Shown piece by piece: positions 50,581 through 60,050 of a DNA stretch of 64,000 nucleotides. The translations under genes and the position numbers were made by a program. The first letter of the stretch is position 1. The number at the start of each line of letters is the position of its first letter. The stretch covers positions 37,173 to 101,172 of the forward strand of contig DATHMF010000106.1 of the NCBI GenBank assembly GCA_035487355.1, written 5' to 3'. Origin of the DNA: Terriglobales bacterium. GTDB taxonomy: Bacteria; Acidobacteriota; Terriglobia; Terriglobales; Acidobacteriaceae. The notes under the pieces were generated by a model. That model had not been told where the DNA came from. It did no database searches and saw only the letters and a program-made list of their open reading frames with translations.

Positions 50581-51510
50581 ATGCCTGAAAAAGAAGCTGT
50601 CCTGCTCCTCGCTCACGGCAGCCCCGAAAAGGCCGAAGACGTGCCCGCCTTTATGATGAACATCACCGGCGGGCGTCCGGTTTCGCCTGAAACCATGCAG
50701 GAAGTCGCGCATCGCTATGACCTGATTGGCCGCTCACCGCTGCTCGATCACACTCGCGCCCAGGCCCAGGGTCTGCAGCGCGAACTTGGCCTGCCGGTTT
50801 ATGTTGGGATGCGCAACTGGCATCCTTATATAGCGGAAGCGGTGCAGCAGATGCTGCGCGATGGCGTCACCCGCGCCGCCGCCATCTGCCTTGCCCCCCA
50901 CAACTCGCGCACCAGCGTGGGACTCTACAAGAAGAGCGCCTTTGCCGAAGCCGGAGACAAGATCAAGCTCGAGTTCGTGGAGTCGTGGCATGATCATCCC
51001 TTGCTCATCCAGGCCTTTGTGGAAAAGCTGGAACCCGCCTGGGAGCATATGTGGGAGTACACGCACAGCAAAGTCCCGGTGATCTTCACGGCGCACAGCG
51101 TTCCGCGGCGCACCATCGAGGCCGGCGATCCTTACGAGGCCCAGGCCAAAAAGACCGCTGCACTGGTCGCCGCGCGCCTTCCCGAGATCAAACCATGGAA
51201 ATTTGCCTTCCAGAGCCAGGGTATGTCGGGCGGGGAGTGGATCGGCCCCACGGTCATTGATACCATGCTGGAACTCGAGGCTGGCGGCCACCGCGCCATG
51301 CTGATTCAGCCGGTGGGCTTTGTCTGCGACCATGTGGAAGTGCTGTATGACATTGATATCGGCTTCCAGCAGTTTGCCCATGAGCAGGGCATCAAGCTGG
51401 AGCGCACCGAATCGCTAAACGCCTCGCCCACCTTCGCTGCGGCCCTCGCCGACTTGGCCCGCAAGGCGCTGGCGCAAACGGCATCTTCGCTGAGCCGAGT
51501 TAAAAGTTAA
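50581..51510 (+). CDS. hemH: Ferrochelatase (proto- or coproporphyrin ferrochelatase)
   Basis: LLLAHGSPE, SPLLDHTRAQA, VYVGMRNWHPYI, IFTAHSVP and FVCDHVEVLYDID are ferrochelatase motifs. Confidence 0.92.
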   Translation: MPEKEAVLLLAHGSPEKAEDVPAFMMNITGGRPVSPETMQEVAHRYDLIGRSPLLDHTRAQAQGLQRELGLPVYVGMRNWHPYIAEAVQQMLRDGVTRAAAICLAPHNSRTSVGLYKKSAFAEAGDKIKLEFVESWHDHPLLIQAFVEKLEPAWEHMWEYTHSKVPVIFTAHSVPRRTIEAGDPYEAQAKKTAALVAARLPEIKPWKFAFQSQGMSGGEWIGPTVIDTMLELEAGGHRAMLIQPVGFVCDHVEVLYDIDIGFQQFAHEQGIKLERTESLNASPTFAAALADLARKALAQTASSLSRVKS

Positions 51511-51590
51511 CCACAAAGGGCACAAAGGGAAAAACAAGGAATTTTCGCCACGGATTGACACGATGAACACGGACTAAAACGAACAAGGGA
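51507..51590. repeat. ACCACAAAGGGCACAAAGGGAAAAACAAGG unit followed by a CGCCACGGATTGACACGATGAACACGGAC unit
   Basis: It belongs to the same families as 50423, 53007 and 53044. The hemH TAA (51508-51510) is inside the unit. Confidence 0.8.
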
Positions 51591-53027
51591 TTGAAAGGAC
51601 ATAGCAGTTTGAAGAGAATCGCCATCATCGGCGGGGGCATTTCAGGTTTGAGCGCGGCCTACTACCTTGAAAAGGCCCGCCGCAACGGGGCCCGACTCGA
51701 GTGGCGTCTCTTTGAAGAAAAATCCCGGCTGGGCGGCATTGTGGGCAGCGAATATCTCAGCGGCTGCGTGATTGAAACCGGGGCCGACTCTTTTCTCTCG
51801 GAAAAGCCCTGGGCCTTTGAGCTCTGCCGCGAGCTGGGCCTGGAAAGCCAGCTCATCGGCTCGAACGACGCCCTGCGCAAAACCTTTGTGCTGCTGGGGG
51901 GCAAGCTGGTGCCACTGCCCGAGGGGTTGCAATTTATCGTCCCCACCTCGCTCGATCACGTGATGAGTTCTGAGCTGTTCTCGGAAGAGGGCAAGCGCAT
52001 CATCGCCCAAGAAGTAAACCTACAACCGAGAAAGAATAACGGTGATGAGAGTGTGGCATCGTTTGTCGGCCGCCATTTCGGCGAAGAAGTCGTCGAGCGG
52101 CTCGCTGCCCCCATGCTCGCCGGGGTTTACGGAGGCCGCGCGGCCACGCTCAGCATGCGCACCATCATGCCGCGCTTCCTGCAGATGGAAGAAGAGCACG
52201 GCAGCCTGATCCGGGCTTTGCAGTTGACGGGGCAATCCTCCGCCAAAAAACAGAGTTCGCAGCCCATCTTTACTACGCTGAAAAACGGCATGCAGCAGTT
52301 GCTCGATGCGATGAGCGCCCAGCTCGATTCGGCTGCGGTTCACACGCAATGCACGATAAGCGATGTGACTCAATCCCAAAAAGGGAACGAATGCAAGTGG
52401 AACTTGCGAAGCGCAACTCTCTCTGAAGAATTTGACGTTCTGATCTTCGCCCTTCCCGCGCACTCGGCCGCTCGGTTCCTGCAGGATTGCTGCCCGGAGC
52501 TGGCGCAGGAGCTGCTTAAGATTTCTTATTCGTCGTCATTGATCGTTACTCTTGCATTCCCAAAATGGGAATTAGAAAAACAGGGGATCCGCCCCGAAGG
52601 TTTTGGATTTCTCGTTCCCGCCTCAGAGAAGAGCCGCCTGCTCGCCTGTACTTTTGTGGGCAACAAATTTAATCACCGCGTTGCCGATGATCTTGTTGTG
52701 CTGCGCGGGGTTTTGGGTGGCGCGCGTGACGAAGCGGCGCTGGCGCTCTCTGACCAGGAAGCTGTGGCTCTGGTTCAGCGCGAGTTTGCAGAGATTCTCG
52801 GTATTCACAGCCGGCCCGCCTTTGCCCGTGTGTTCCGCTGGTCGTATTCCATGCCGCAGTATGACGTCGGGCACCTGGAGCGCGTCGCTCGCATTGAAGT
52901 TCTGCGCGGAATCCTACCTGGGCTTTACCTCATCGGCAATGCTTATCGCGGAGTTGGAGTGCCAGATTGCATCCGCGAGGGTCGGGATGCTGCAGGAAAG
53001 ATTTTAGCCACGGATTTTCGCGGATGA
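51591..53027 (+). CDS. hemY: FAD-dependent protoporphyrinogen/coproporphyrinogen III oxidase (HemY type)
   Basis: Dinucleotide fold RIAIIGGGISGLSAAYYL. LFEEKSRLGG, VPQYDVGH-like SMPQYDVGHLERV and LIGNAYRGVGVPDCI are also present. The start is TTG 51591, or TTG 51609 (MKRIAIIGGG). Confidence 0.88.
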   Translation: MKGHSSLKRIAIIGGGISGLSAAYYLEKARRNGARLEWRLFEEKSRLGGIVGSEYLSGCVIETGADSFLSEKPWAFELCRELGLESQLIGSNDALRKTFVLLGGKLVPLPEGLQFIVPTSLDHVMSSELFSEEGKRIIAQEVNLQPRKNNGDESVASFVGRHFGEEVVERLAAPMLAGVYGGRAATLSMRTIMPRFLQMEEEHGSLIRALQLTGQSSAKKQSSQPIFTTLKNGMQQLLDAMSAQLDSAAVHTQCTISDVTQSQKGNECKWNLRSATLSEEFDVLIFALPAHSAARFLQDCCPELAQELLKISYSSSLIVTLAFPKWELEKQGIRPEGFGFLVPASEKSRLLACTFVGNKFNHRVADDLVVLRGVLGGARDEAALALSDQEAVALVQREFAEILGIHSRPAFARVFRWSYSMPQYDVGHLERVARIEVLRGILPGLYLIGNAYRGVGVPDCIREGRDAAGKILATDFRG

Positions 53028-53110
53028 ACACGGATTAAAAAGCTTGACCACAAAGGGCACAAAGGAAAAAACAAAGAATAGATTTACGCAGATGAACGCA
53101 GATTGGCAAA
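53007..53110. repeat. GCCACGGATTTTCGCGGATGAACACGGAT unit, ACCACAAAGGGCACAAAGGAAAAAACAAAG unit, and a CGCAGATGAACGCAGAT unit
   Basis: The hemY TGA (53025-53027) lies inside the first unit, and the last residues ATDFRG are encoded by it. Confidence 0.8.
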
Positions 53111-53343
53111 AGGGCTAGTCTCGTAATTGGCACGGATAAATGCAGGTAGGGCAGTTAACTAAAAGTGTTCCTCGCGGAACACTTTTTGGTGAGACCAAGC
53201 TTGTACTTTCGTAACGGATGCTGTCTAAAGTAATCGCTCATAACTTACCACAATATATAGTGTCCCGATTGCAGATGTAAAAAGCATGCAACAAGCGCAT
53301 CGTTTTGAGCCATGGATGAATGATGGATATGGATCAAGACAGA

Positions 53344-53404
53344 TTTTGTTTTTCTCTGTGTCTCCGTGGTGAATATTGATATTGATCCATGTTCATCCGT
53401 GGCC
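53344..53404. repeat. Reverse-orientation copies of the same two repeat families
   Basis: The reverse complement of 53344-53373 is TTCACCACGGAGACACAGAGAAAAACAAAA. The reverse complement of 53385-53404 is GCCACGGATGAACATGGATC. The block abuts the M28 peptidase stop (53408-53410). Confidence 0.65.
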
Positions 53405-53407
53405 AAT

Positions 53408-55324
53408 TTACTTCGTAGCCACTACTTTTTGTATGGCCAGGATTCCCACCAGCTTATCCACCCAATCTTGGTCAATATCGGTTAGGAATTCGGCGCTGAG
53501 CATGTCGGCGATTTCGCTGGTGGCGCGGTGGCCATCCATCAGGTTCACGGTTTCAAAGGCCAGCAGCTCGAAGGTCGGCTTGGTAGGCAGGCCCTCGGAG
53601 GCATCGGGGAAGCGCGCCTCCTGTGCTTCGACCCACTTCTTATCGTCGCCTTCGAGAGCGCTGAAGACAGATTTATCCAGGGGCAGCAACGCCAGCCGGT
53701 GCGGGCCGGCTCCGCCGCCGCGCTGTGGTTTGCGCTTGCCCGAGGCTGAAGTATGGGTAAAGGCCCCCAAGTCGCGGTAAAAGTTGAGCTTCTGCACGGT
53801 GCTGTCGCCCTCGACCTGGAACCAGCTATCGAGCACGCGGGCGGATTTTTCCTCTCCGCCATCGCCAATCCACCAGGCTGCGGCAGAGGCCAGCGTACCC
53901 ACGCGAAGCAGCTCGCTGGCATCGGTTTTATCAATGGTGTCTTCGCTGGTGTGGTGGGTCCAGTCAGGATCGTGTCCCAGCATGGTCGAAGGTATGCCAA
54001 GTCCCAGAAATACATCGTGGTCGCTCCCCTGGACGTAGTTGACCATCTCCGGCAGCCAATAGTTGTGCGTGCCGGTGGGCGCGTAGAGATTGGCCTCGCG
54101 GGTTTGCTGCATCACATCCGTCATGAGGGCATTCAAGAAAGACGAAACCGAATCGGGCGTGCGGGTGATGTAAAAGCGTGAGTTGGTTTTGACGGTGTCT
54201 TCGCCGACCATATCCATATTCAGGTTGGCGATCACACAGGGTCCTTTGGAGGGATCGGATTTGCCCTTGGCGCGGGGGTCATCCCAGGGGCCGCAGCGGC
54301 GTGCCTCAGGATGGCTGGCAACATAGGCCAGCGTGCCGTAATACTCCGGCACCCACATGAAATGAACGGTATTAGTGGGCGTGGGAACCTTCCCGCTGGC
54401 GATCAAGGTGTTGAGGGTGCGGGCCATCTCCATCATGGCTCCGTCGCCAGAGGCGTTGTCGTTGGCGCTCCACTTAGGATGGTCGAGGTGCGCCGTAACC
54501 AATATTTCACGGTCGCGCTGCGTTCCCCGGATGTAGGCATGCACCAGCGTGAGCTTACCCGAGCCCAGCGAGGCATCAATCTTGCCGTGCACAACTACCG
54601 CGCCTTCTTGCATGAGTTGCTTGAGCGTGTCGTACTGGTTGCGCGAAATCTGGAAGCTGCCGCGGGTGCGGTCGAGCTCATCGGCCTGGGTCCACAGGCC
54701 GTTGTAGCGCACCATGTCGGGATGGTCCGGGCGGTCGTCGGCCGCGGGATAAATCACCGCGCCCACGGCGCCATGCTTGAGCACAGCCTGGCGGACGACG
54801 TTGGCGGCGTATCCATAAGCCAAGGCAACTTTGCCCTTTACGTCTTTGCCGGAATAGTCGGAATCCTTGGTGCCGGCGCCTACATCCACCAGCTCGCCCT
54901 TCCAGTCGCCGCCTTTGGAGTAGGTGGAAACGCACATAGGCACATCGCTGAAGCGGCACAGCCGGATCGGTGTGAAATTCTTTGCTCCGGCGGCGCTTTC
55001 TACCCAAAGCTCGCCAGAGTGGATCTCCCAGCCCATGGGCGAGGTAAAGGTGCCGTACTTGGTCTTGCCGTCCGAGGGCAATTGCTCGATGCTGGCCTCG
55101 AGGCCTGCGGCCTTCAGCTTGGGCAGGACGACGTCCTTGGCGACGCTCTCCATCATGGGACTGGCCTGGATGCGGTGGTACTGAACGATGTTGCGCACGT
55201 TCTCCTGCGCGGCCTCGCCGGAGTACTCGTTGGCGATGGCATTAAAGACATCCTGTTTGACCAGATGCTGCCCCCAGGCCGGCAAGGCGAGGCAGAAAAG
55301 CAATAAAAATTTGTGGATTCGCAT
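53408..55324 (-). CDS. Secreted M28-family aminopeptidase with a PA domain and a C-terminal extension
   Basis: Signal peptide MRIHKFLLLFCLALPAWGQ. ILVTAHLDHPKWSANDNASGDGAMMEMARTL and the later GSDHDVF are M28 zinc-ligand contexts. Confidence 0.85.
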   Translation of the reverse strand: MRIHKFLLLFCLALPAWGQHLVKQDVFNAIANEYSGEAAQENVRNIVQYHRIQASPMMESVAKDVVLPKLKAAGLEASIEQLPSDGKTKYGTFTSPMGWEIHSGELWVESAAGAKNFTPIRLCRFSDVPMCVSTYSKGGDWKGELVDVGAGTKDSDYSGKDVKGKVALAYGYAANVVRQAVLKHGAVGAVIYPAADDRPDHPDMVRYNGLWTQADELDRTRGSFQISRNQYDTLKQLMQEGAVVVHGKIDASLGSGKLTLVHAYIRGTQRDREILVTAHLDHPKWSANDNASGDGAMMEMARTLNTLIASGKVPTPTNTVHFMWVPEYYGTLAYVASHPEARRCGPWDDPRAKGKSDPSKGPCVIANLNMDMVGEDTVKTNSRFYITRTPDSVSSFLNALMTDVMQQTREANLYAPTGTHNYWLPEMVNYVQGSDHDVFLGLGIPSTMLGHDPDWTHHTSEDTIDKTDASELLRVGTLASAAAWWIGDGGEEKSARVLDSWFQVEGDSTVQKLNFYRDLGAFTHTSASGKRKPQRGGGAGPHRLALLPLDKSVFSALEGDDKKWVEAQEARFPDASEGLPTKPTFELLAFETVNLMDGHRATSEIADMLSAEFLTDIDQDWVDKLVGILAIQKVVATK

Positions 55325-55437
55325 GCGAGACAGGTTACCTAAAAATGAGTCTTGCCGCTAGTAACAATAGTTACATCAGGGGACCAACGGGAGTCATGGC
55401 TGGTCTGGGGCTGCGGAATAGCCGCTTAACTCTGGTT

Positions 55438-55932
55438 TTAGGTCGCATCCGGCCAGCTCCAGGGCGGCGGTGGCAGGCTGGAACGGCGAGGCTTGGGGCG
55501 TACAGTTGAAGGCGGCTTCTTCAGGGCTTGCAATATGCGCTCGGAGGTTATTCCACGCTGGGTCAGTAGCTCAGCCGCCACTGAAGATGTTTGCGACAAC
55601 AAACCCAATAGTAGATGTTCGGTGCCGATGTGCTGGTCGGAAAGCTGGTCGGCCTGTTTAGCTGCGTAGCTTAGTATTTTCTTGCATTCCGGGCTTAACG
55701 GTAAATCTATGCTCGTAGAAACTTTTTTCTCGCTTTTACTATGCGATTCAATTGCCGAGCGAATGTTTACTGCATCCTCCGGGGTAAGCAAGGCATATAT
55801 AAGAGTCTTGTCTTCCTGCATGAGCCCAAGCAGCAGATGTTCGGTTTCGATGTACGGCGATCCGAACTTGCTGGCCTCGTGGCGGGCGAAGTAGATCGTG
55901 CGGCGAGCTTTTTCCGTATAACGCTCGAACAT
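55438..55932 (-). CDS. Stand-alone Clp N-terminal (Clp_N repeat) domain protein
   Basis: MFERYTEKARRTIYFARHEASKFGSPYIETEHLLLGLM and a second repeat HIGTEHLLLGLL are present. There is no AAA+ module, and the tail is Pro/Arg-rich. Confidence 0.8.
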   Translation of the reverse strand: MFERYTEKARRTIYFARHEASKFGSPYIETEHLLLGLMQEDKTLIYALLTPEDAVNIRSAIESHSKSEKKVSTSIDLPLSPECKKILSYAAKQADQLSDQHIGTEHLLLGLLSQTSSVAAELLTQRGITSERILQALKKPPSTVRPKPRRSSLPPPPWSWPDAT

Positions 55933-56080
55933 AACAATGATTCTAGACCCGTTTTGGGGTGCGATTGGGGCAAAAGTTATCCTTGGAGAGAATGAGTGGG
56001 CAAGATGCCCACTCGACAGCCGGCGAGACGCCGGCGCTACTAAAACGTTCTCTTATTGATTTTGTGTACAATCCGGCAAG

Positions 56081-57691
56081 ATGGCAACCACGCCTGCTCC
56101 ACCCAGGTTTTCCTTCAGTACTGCCCTGCGCTGGCTGCGTCCTTCGCATGAGCATACGGCGTTCTCGGCCACGCTGCTGCTGATGGCGGCGGTGATGCTT
56201 TCGCGAATCATCGGTTATCTGCGCGAAGCCTATATTGCCTACGCCTTTGGCGCCGGCCCGCAGACCGATGCCTACGTCGCCGCGTTCACCATTCCAGATT
56301 GGCTTAACTATTTGGTGGCCGGCGGAACGGCCTCCATCACATTTATCTCAATATTCAGCCGCTATGTCTCCGAGAAGCGGGAAGCCGATGCGCAAAAGGC
56401 ATTTTCGGTAGTTATCACAGTAATGACGGCGGTGCTGGGCATAGGCATCGCTTTGACCGAAATCTTTACGCCGCAGGTCCTGCATCTTTATTTTGACAAG
56501 TTCACGCCGCAACAGCTTGCCTTATGCACTTATCTGACGCGGATCCTGCTGCCGACCCAGGTTTTTTTCTACGTAGGCGGCGTGGTATCAGCGGTCCTGC
56601 TTTCACGCCGCATGTTTCTGCTACCGGCACTCGGGGGTATTTTTTATAACGTATTTATCATCCTGGGTGGAGTGCTGCTCGCTTCCCGCTTTGGGATCGC
56701 TTCACTGGCTTACGGGGCTCTGGCCGGAGGCATTGTTGGTCCTTTCTTAATCAATGCAATTGGGGCCAGACGCGTGGGCATGCGTTATCAGCCGTCGTTT
56801 GAGATCAGCAACCCCGGGTTCCGCGAGTGGGTGCGGCTTTCGATTCCGCTCATGCTGGGGGTCTCGCTGGTCGCCGCCGATGAGTGGATCATGCGCTACT
56901 TTGCCTCCGGCCTTGCCGGTGACATCACCCGCCTCAACTATGCCAAGCGCCTGTTCGCTGTTCCCATTGCCGTGCTTGGCCAGGCCTCGGGACAAGCCTC
57001 GCTGCCGTTTTTTGCGCGCCTGTTCGGCGAGAAAAAAATGATCGAGTTCGCCGGCATTGTGAATAACTCGGTACATCGCGTGGCCGCGGCGTCACTGCTG
57101 GCCAGCTCCTGGATGATGGCAGCAGCACTGCCCCTGGTAGACCTGGTTTACCGCCGGGGCAAATTCAACTGGGCTGATTCGCAGCAGACTGCAATCTTTT
57201 TTTTCTGGTTCGCGCTCTCGCTGGCGCTGTGGTCGGCGCAGGCGCTCTATGCCCGCGCCTTCTACGCCGCAGGCGACACCTTTACACCCATGCTGGCTGG
57301 AACCATTATTACTGCGGCTTCGTTGCCCATGTATTCGGCCCTCTTCCATGCCCATCTTGCAACTGGGCTGACCATCGCCTCTGATATCGGCATCTTCGCT
57401 AATACTGCTGCGCTGGCGATACTGCTGCACCGCAAGAATCTGGTCAGCTTGAGCGATATGAAGTGGCGTGAGATGAGTAAAGCCCTGCTGGTTTCAGCGA
57501 TCGCCGGAGCAGCCAGTTATTTTGTAAGCCGGACCATTAATTTGAATGGAAGCCGCATGGCCGATATTAAGGCGCTCGCCTTAGTTTCCCTTACCTGGGC
57601 TGGAACCGTTGCCGCCGGACTGTGGATTACACGCTCTGAATTGCTCAGTCAGTTGCGCCGGAGAGTAGCAAGTCCGAAGCCAGAAGCCTGA
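56081..57691 (+). CDS. murJ: Lipid II flippase MurJ (MviN family)
   Basis: MLSRIIGYLREAYIAYAFGAGPQTDAYVAAFTIPDWL and RLFAVPIAVLGQASGQASLPFFARL are present, with about 14 TM segments. Confidence 0.9.
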   Translation: MATTPAPPRFSFSTALRWLRPSHEHTAFSATLLLMAAVMLSRIIGYLREAYIAYAFGAGPQTDAYVAAFTIPDWLNYLVAGGTASITFISIFSRYVSEKREADAQKAFSVVITVMTAVLGIGIALTEIFTPQVLHLYFDKFTPQQLALCTYLTRILLPTQVFFYVGGVVSAVLLSRRMFLLPALGGIFYNVFIILGGVLLASRFGIASLAYGALAGGIVGPFLINAIGARRVGMRYQPSFEISNPGFREWVRLSIPLMLGVSLVAADEWIMRYFASGLAGDITRLNYAKRLFAVPIAVLGQASGQASLPFFARLFGEKKMIEFAGIVNNSVHRVAAASLLASSWMMAAALPLVDLVYRRGKFNWADSQQTAIFFFWFALSLALWSAQALYARAFYAAGDTFTPMLAGTIITAASLPMYSALFHAHLATGLTIASDIGIFANTAALAILLHRKNLVSLSDMKWREMSKALLVSAIAGAASYFVSRTINLNGSRMADIKALALVSLTWAGTVAAGLWITRSELLSQLRRRVASPKPEA

Positions 57692-58131
57692 GGTTAGAAT
57701 TCCTGCTAAAATCCCGAAAAATAGCTCTTTTCAGAGAGCAAATTCCCATTTCTGAAAGTGCCATTTTGGAACTAGACCGGCTAATTTATTAGTGTTGAGA
57801 CTATTTTTTGTGTTCGGACCTAACGGATATTCCGAGGGAGCCTATGTCCAAAATGTGCAAAACTTCAACGGTTTTCAGCGCCTTGTAGAGTGTTTTTAGT
57901 ACATTGGCCGAAATCTCGGCTTTCGCTTTTAAGTCATTAAGCCAGAGTTGTTTACAAGATGCTACAAAGTTGATGCAACACAGGTAAGTCGCTGAATTAA
58001 CACTGCCTTAATTTTCTTTACATGCGGAATTCCACAGGCTTTTCCACAGAGCTTTGGATAAATCAGACCCCGATTTTTGCCCCCTGCCCGCTGGTTTCAT
58101 AGACCTAACTTGCAGGGGGCCTTTGGTTTAC

Positions 58132-58158
58132 GGAAGCCCTATTAGGGTTAGGGCTTCC
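58132..58158 (-). terminator. Hairpin 26 nt downstream of the TonB-like gene (weak terminator candidate)
   Basis: GGAAGCCCT (58132-58140) pairs with AGGGCTTCC (58150-58158). No U-run follows. Confidence 0.35.
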
Positions 58159-58183
58159 TGTCAGTCTCATTTCGTGCACATGC

Positions 58184-58894
58184 CTACCGATCCAAGATGA
58201 AATTGACGGTGATCTCTGTTTCTACCTCAATCGGCTGGCCATTGAGTATGTAGGGGCGAAAGAGCCACTGGCTCACAGCGTCGAGAGCGGCCTTATCAAG
58301 CAGGGGATGCCCGGAGACCACCTGTAATTTTTCGATGGTGCCCTGGCGGCTGATGATGGCATGCAAAACCACCGATCCTTGTATGCGTGCCGTGTGAGCT
58401 ATAGGTGGGTAGAGAGGTTCTACACGGCGGATAATCTGTCCTGGGTCGATGTGTGAAATGGGCAGTGGCTTCGGAGGCTTGGCCAAGATTACCTCTGATG
58501 GAGCCCCTCCGCCAAATACAGCATCGGGAACACCCGGGCCCGGGCCATTTCCACAACCCAGCGTGCAGATGTTTGGAGTGCCCTCGATATCAGGGTCACG
58601 GTTTAGTTTATGCGAAAATCCGCTAGATTGGTTGACCTGAATTACAGGGGCCACTCTTCCAGAATCTGCATTCCCAGATGGCGGATGACCACCGGTAGAC
58701 GTCGGTGCGCCACTAAAAGGTGGTAGCAGCACAGGCGTTTGCAGCAGCCGTGCCGAAATTGCATTTGTGCGCAGCAACGGCAGAACAATCAGAAACGCCA
58801 TCAGGACGATCTGAATACTGGTGGAAACCAGGGTTGTCCATCCCCGCCGTTTTGCGAGATGGTGGGTTGATTCTATGAGACTGTCTTCAAACAT
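58184..58894 (-). CDS. TonB-family energy transducer (C-terminal TonB domain)
   Basis: There is an N-terminal TM anchor and a Pro-rich linker. The C-terminus reads EPLYPPIAHTARIQGSVVLHAIISRQGTIEKLQVVSGHPLLDKAALDAVSQWLFRPYILNGQPIE. Confidence 0.85.
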   Translation of the reverse strand: MFEDSLIESTHHLAKRRGWTTLVSTSIQIVLMAFLIVLPLLRTNAISARLLQTPVLLPPFSGAPTSTGGHPPSGNADSGRVAPVIQVNQSSGFSHKLNRDPDIEGTPNICTLGCGNGPGPGVPDAVFGGGAPSEVILAKPPKPLPISHIDPGQIIRRVEPLYPPIAHTARIQGSVVLHAIISRQGTIEKLQVVSGHPLLDKAALDAVSQWLFRPYILNGQPIEVETEITVNFILDR

Positions 58895-59040
58895 GGCTTT
58901 CTCTCCTTGCGTGGTATTGACACCAGAGAGGAAGGCCGTGGAGGGCGGCTCAAGAAAAATAAAGGTGGAACAAAAAGATGCTGATCGGTGTCAGTTTTGA
59001 GAGTAGACAAACTGATTCAATTTTCAACATCAGCACACAA

Positions 59041-59073
59041 AAACTTCAGGCCGCACGTGGCGGCCTGAAGTTT
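59041..59073 (-). terminator. Rho-independent terminator after skp
   Basis: A perfect 14-bp stem, AAACTTCAGGCCGC / GCGGCCTGAAGTTT, with a 5-nt loop. The minus-strand stem runs into TTTTTGTGTG. It sits 17 nt after the stop at 59091. Confidence 0.8.
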
Positions 59074-59090
59074 GCGAACTTGAGAACCTC

Positions 59091-59717
59091 TTAGTGAGAG
59101 GTAGAGGGTGGCTTGGTTGTCGGAGCCGTAGCGGAGGCCGGCTTCGGCGCAGGAGGAGCCGGTACACCCGAGGTGACATTGTAGGCATCCACGATGGCCT
59201 TGGTGATGTTGGTGGATTGTGCCGCCCACAGCACCGGGGTCTGAGGGCTGGATACATCTACAATCACTCCGAACCCGTTGTCCTTGGCATATTTATCGAG
59301 CGTGGCATAGACCTTGTTGCCCAGGGTTTTGAGGATATCGTTCTTCTGCGACTCGAAGTCGCTTTGCGCATCTTCATAGACACGCTGCAGGTTCTTCTTC
59401 TTGGTATCGAGCTGCTTGGCCAGGTTGGCGCGGGCATCTTCGTTCAGCTTCTCGCCCTGGGTATCGAACTGTTTCTGCAGATCATCCACTTCTTTGCTCA
59501 AACCTTGCAGCTCGGTCTGCTTGGGTTGGAATTTGGTAGTGAGATTGTTGAATTCGCGCTGGCCTTCGTTGGTAGCCAGGATGGCGGTTTGAATATCAAT
59601 CACGCCGATTTTGGTGCTGCTACCACCAGGGGCCGCGGCAGTGCCGCCCTGCGCGAAAAGTGATGCTGACGCCAACAGGGTCAGCATAAGAAATGCTGCT
59701 TGATACGTGCGTTTCAT
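59091..59717 (-). CDS. skp: OmpH/Skp-family periplasmic chaperone
   Basis: A signal peptide is followed by KIGVIDIQTAILATNEGQ...LQKQFDTQGEKLNEDARANLAKQLDTKKKNLQR, typical of Skp. The gene lies downstream of bamA. Confidence 0.85.
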   Translation of the reverse strand: MKRTYQAAFLMLTLLASASLFAQGGTAAAPGGSSTKIGVIDIQTAILATNEGQREFNNLTTKFQPKQTELQGLSKEVDDLQKQFDTQGEKLNEDARANLAKQLDTKKKNLQRVYEDAQSDFESQKNDILKTLGNKVYATLDKYAKDNGFGVIVDVSSPQTPVLWAAQSTNITKAIVDAYNVTSGVPAPPAPKPASATAPTTKPPSTSH

Positions 59718-60050
59718 TCGGTGTTTGCTACTCCTTAGGAATTCTGATCTTGATGTTACCGGGGGCCGGAAAGCGATCCTGGGGATGCACCCTGTGCCCC
59801 TTCACGCGGGCTGTGCGCGACCACACACACACTACGCCGGTCCTCGGCGGTGGGCTGTGCAGATTAGGATTATAGCAACTCTCCGGCTTCCCAGTCACTA
59901 CAACCAGGCCCCTTTTTATTGTAAAGAGTGTGTCCGACGAATGGCGCCCGGTGCTGGGAAAGCAGACTTTTAAGAGGCAATCAAGCGTGCAAGCCGGCCC
60001 CGAAGGAAAGTCGTGCCCCCTCTACAAAACTGCAGCAACGACCGGCTTGC

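Noticed and set aside
57844-57888. A 14-codon ORF, MSKMCKTSTVFSAL, has a good SD in the murJ/tonB spacer.
   Set aside because: It is too short to support as a gene from sequence alone. I mention it only within the spacer finding.
59718-60050. A 333-nt spacer between bamA and skp is longer than expected for this usually tight gene pair.
   Set aside because: I could find no repeat unit, convincing hairpin or ORF in it, so there is nothing specific to report beyond its length.
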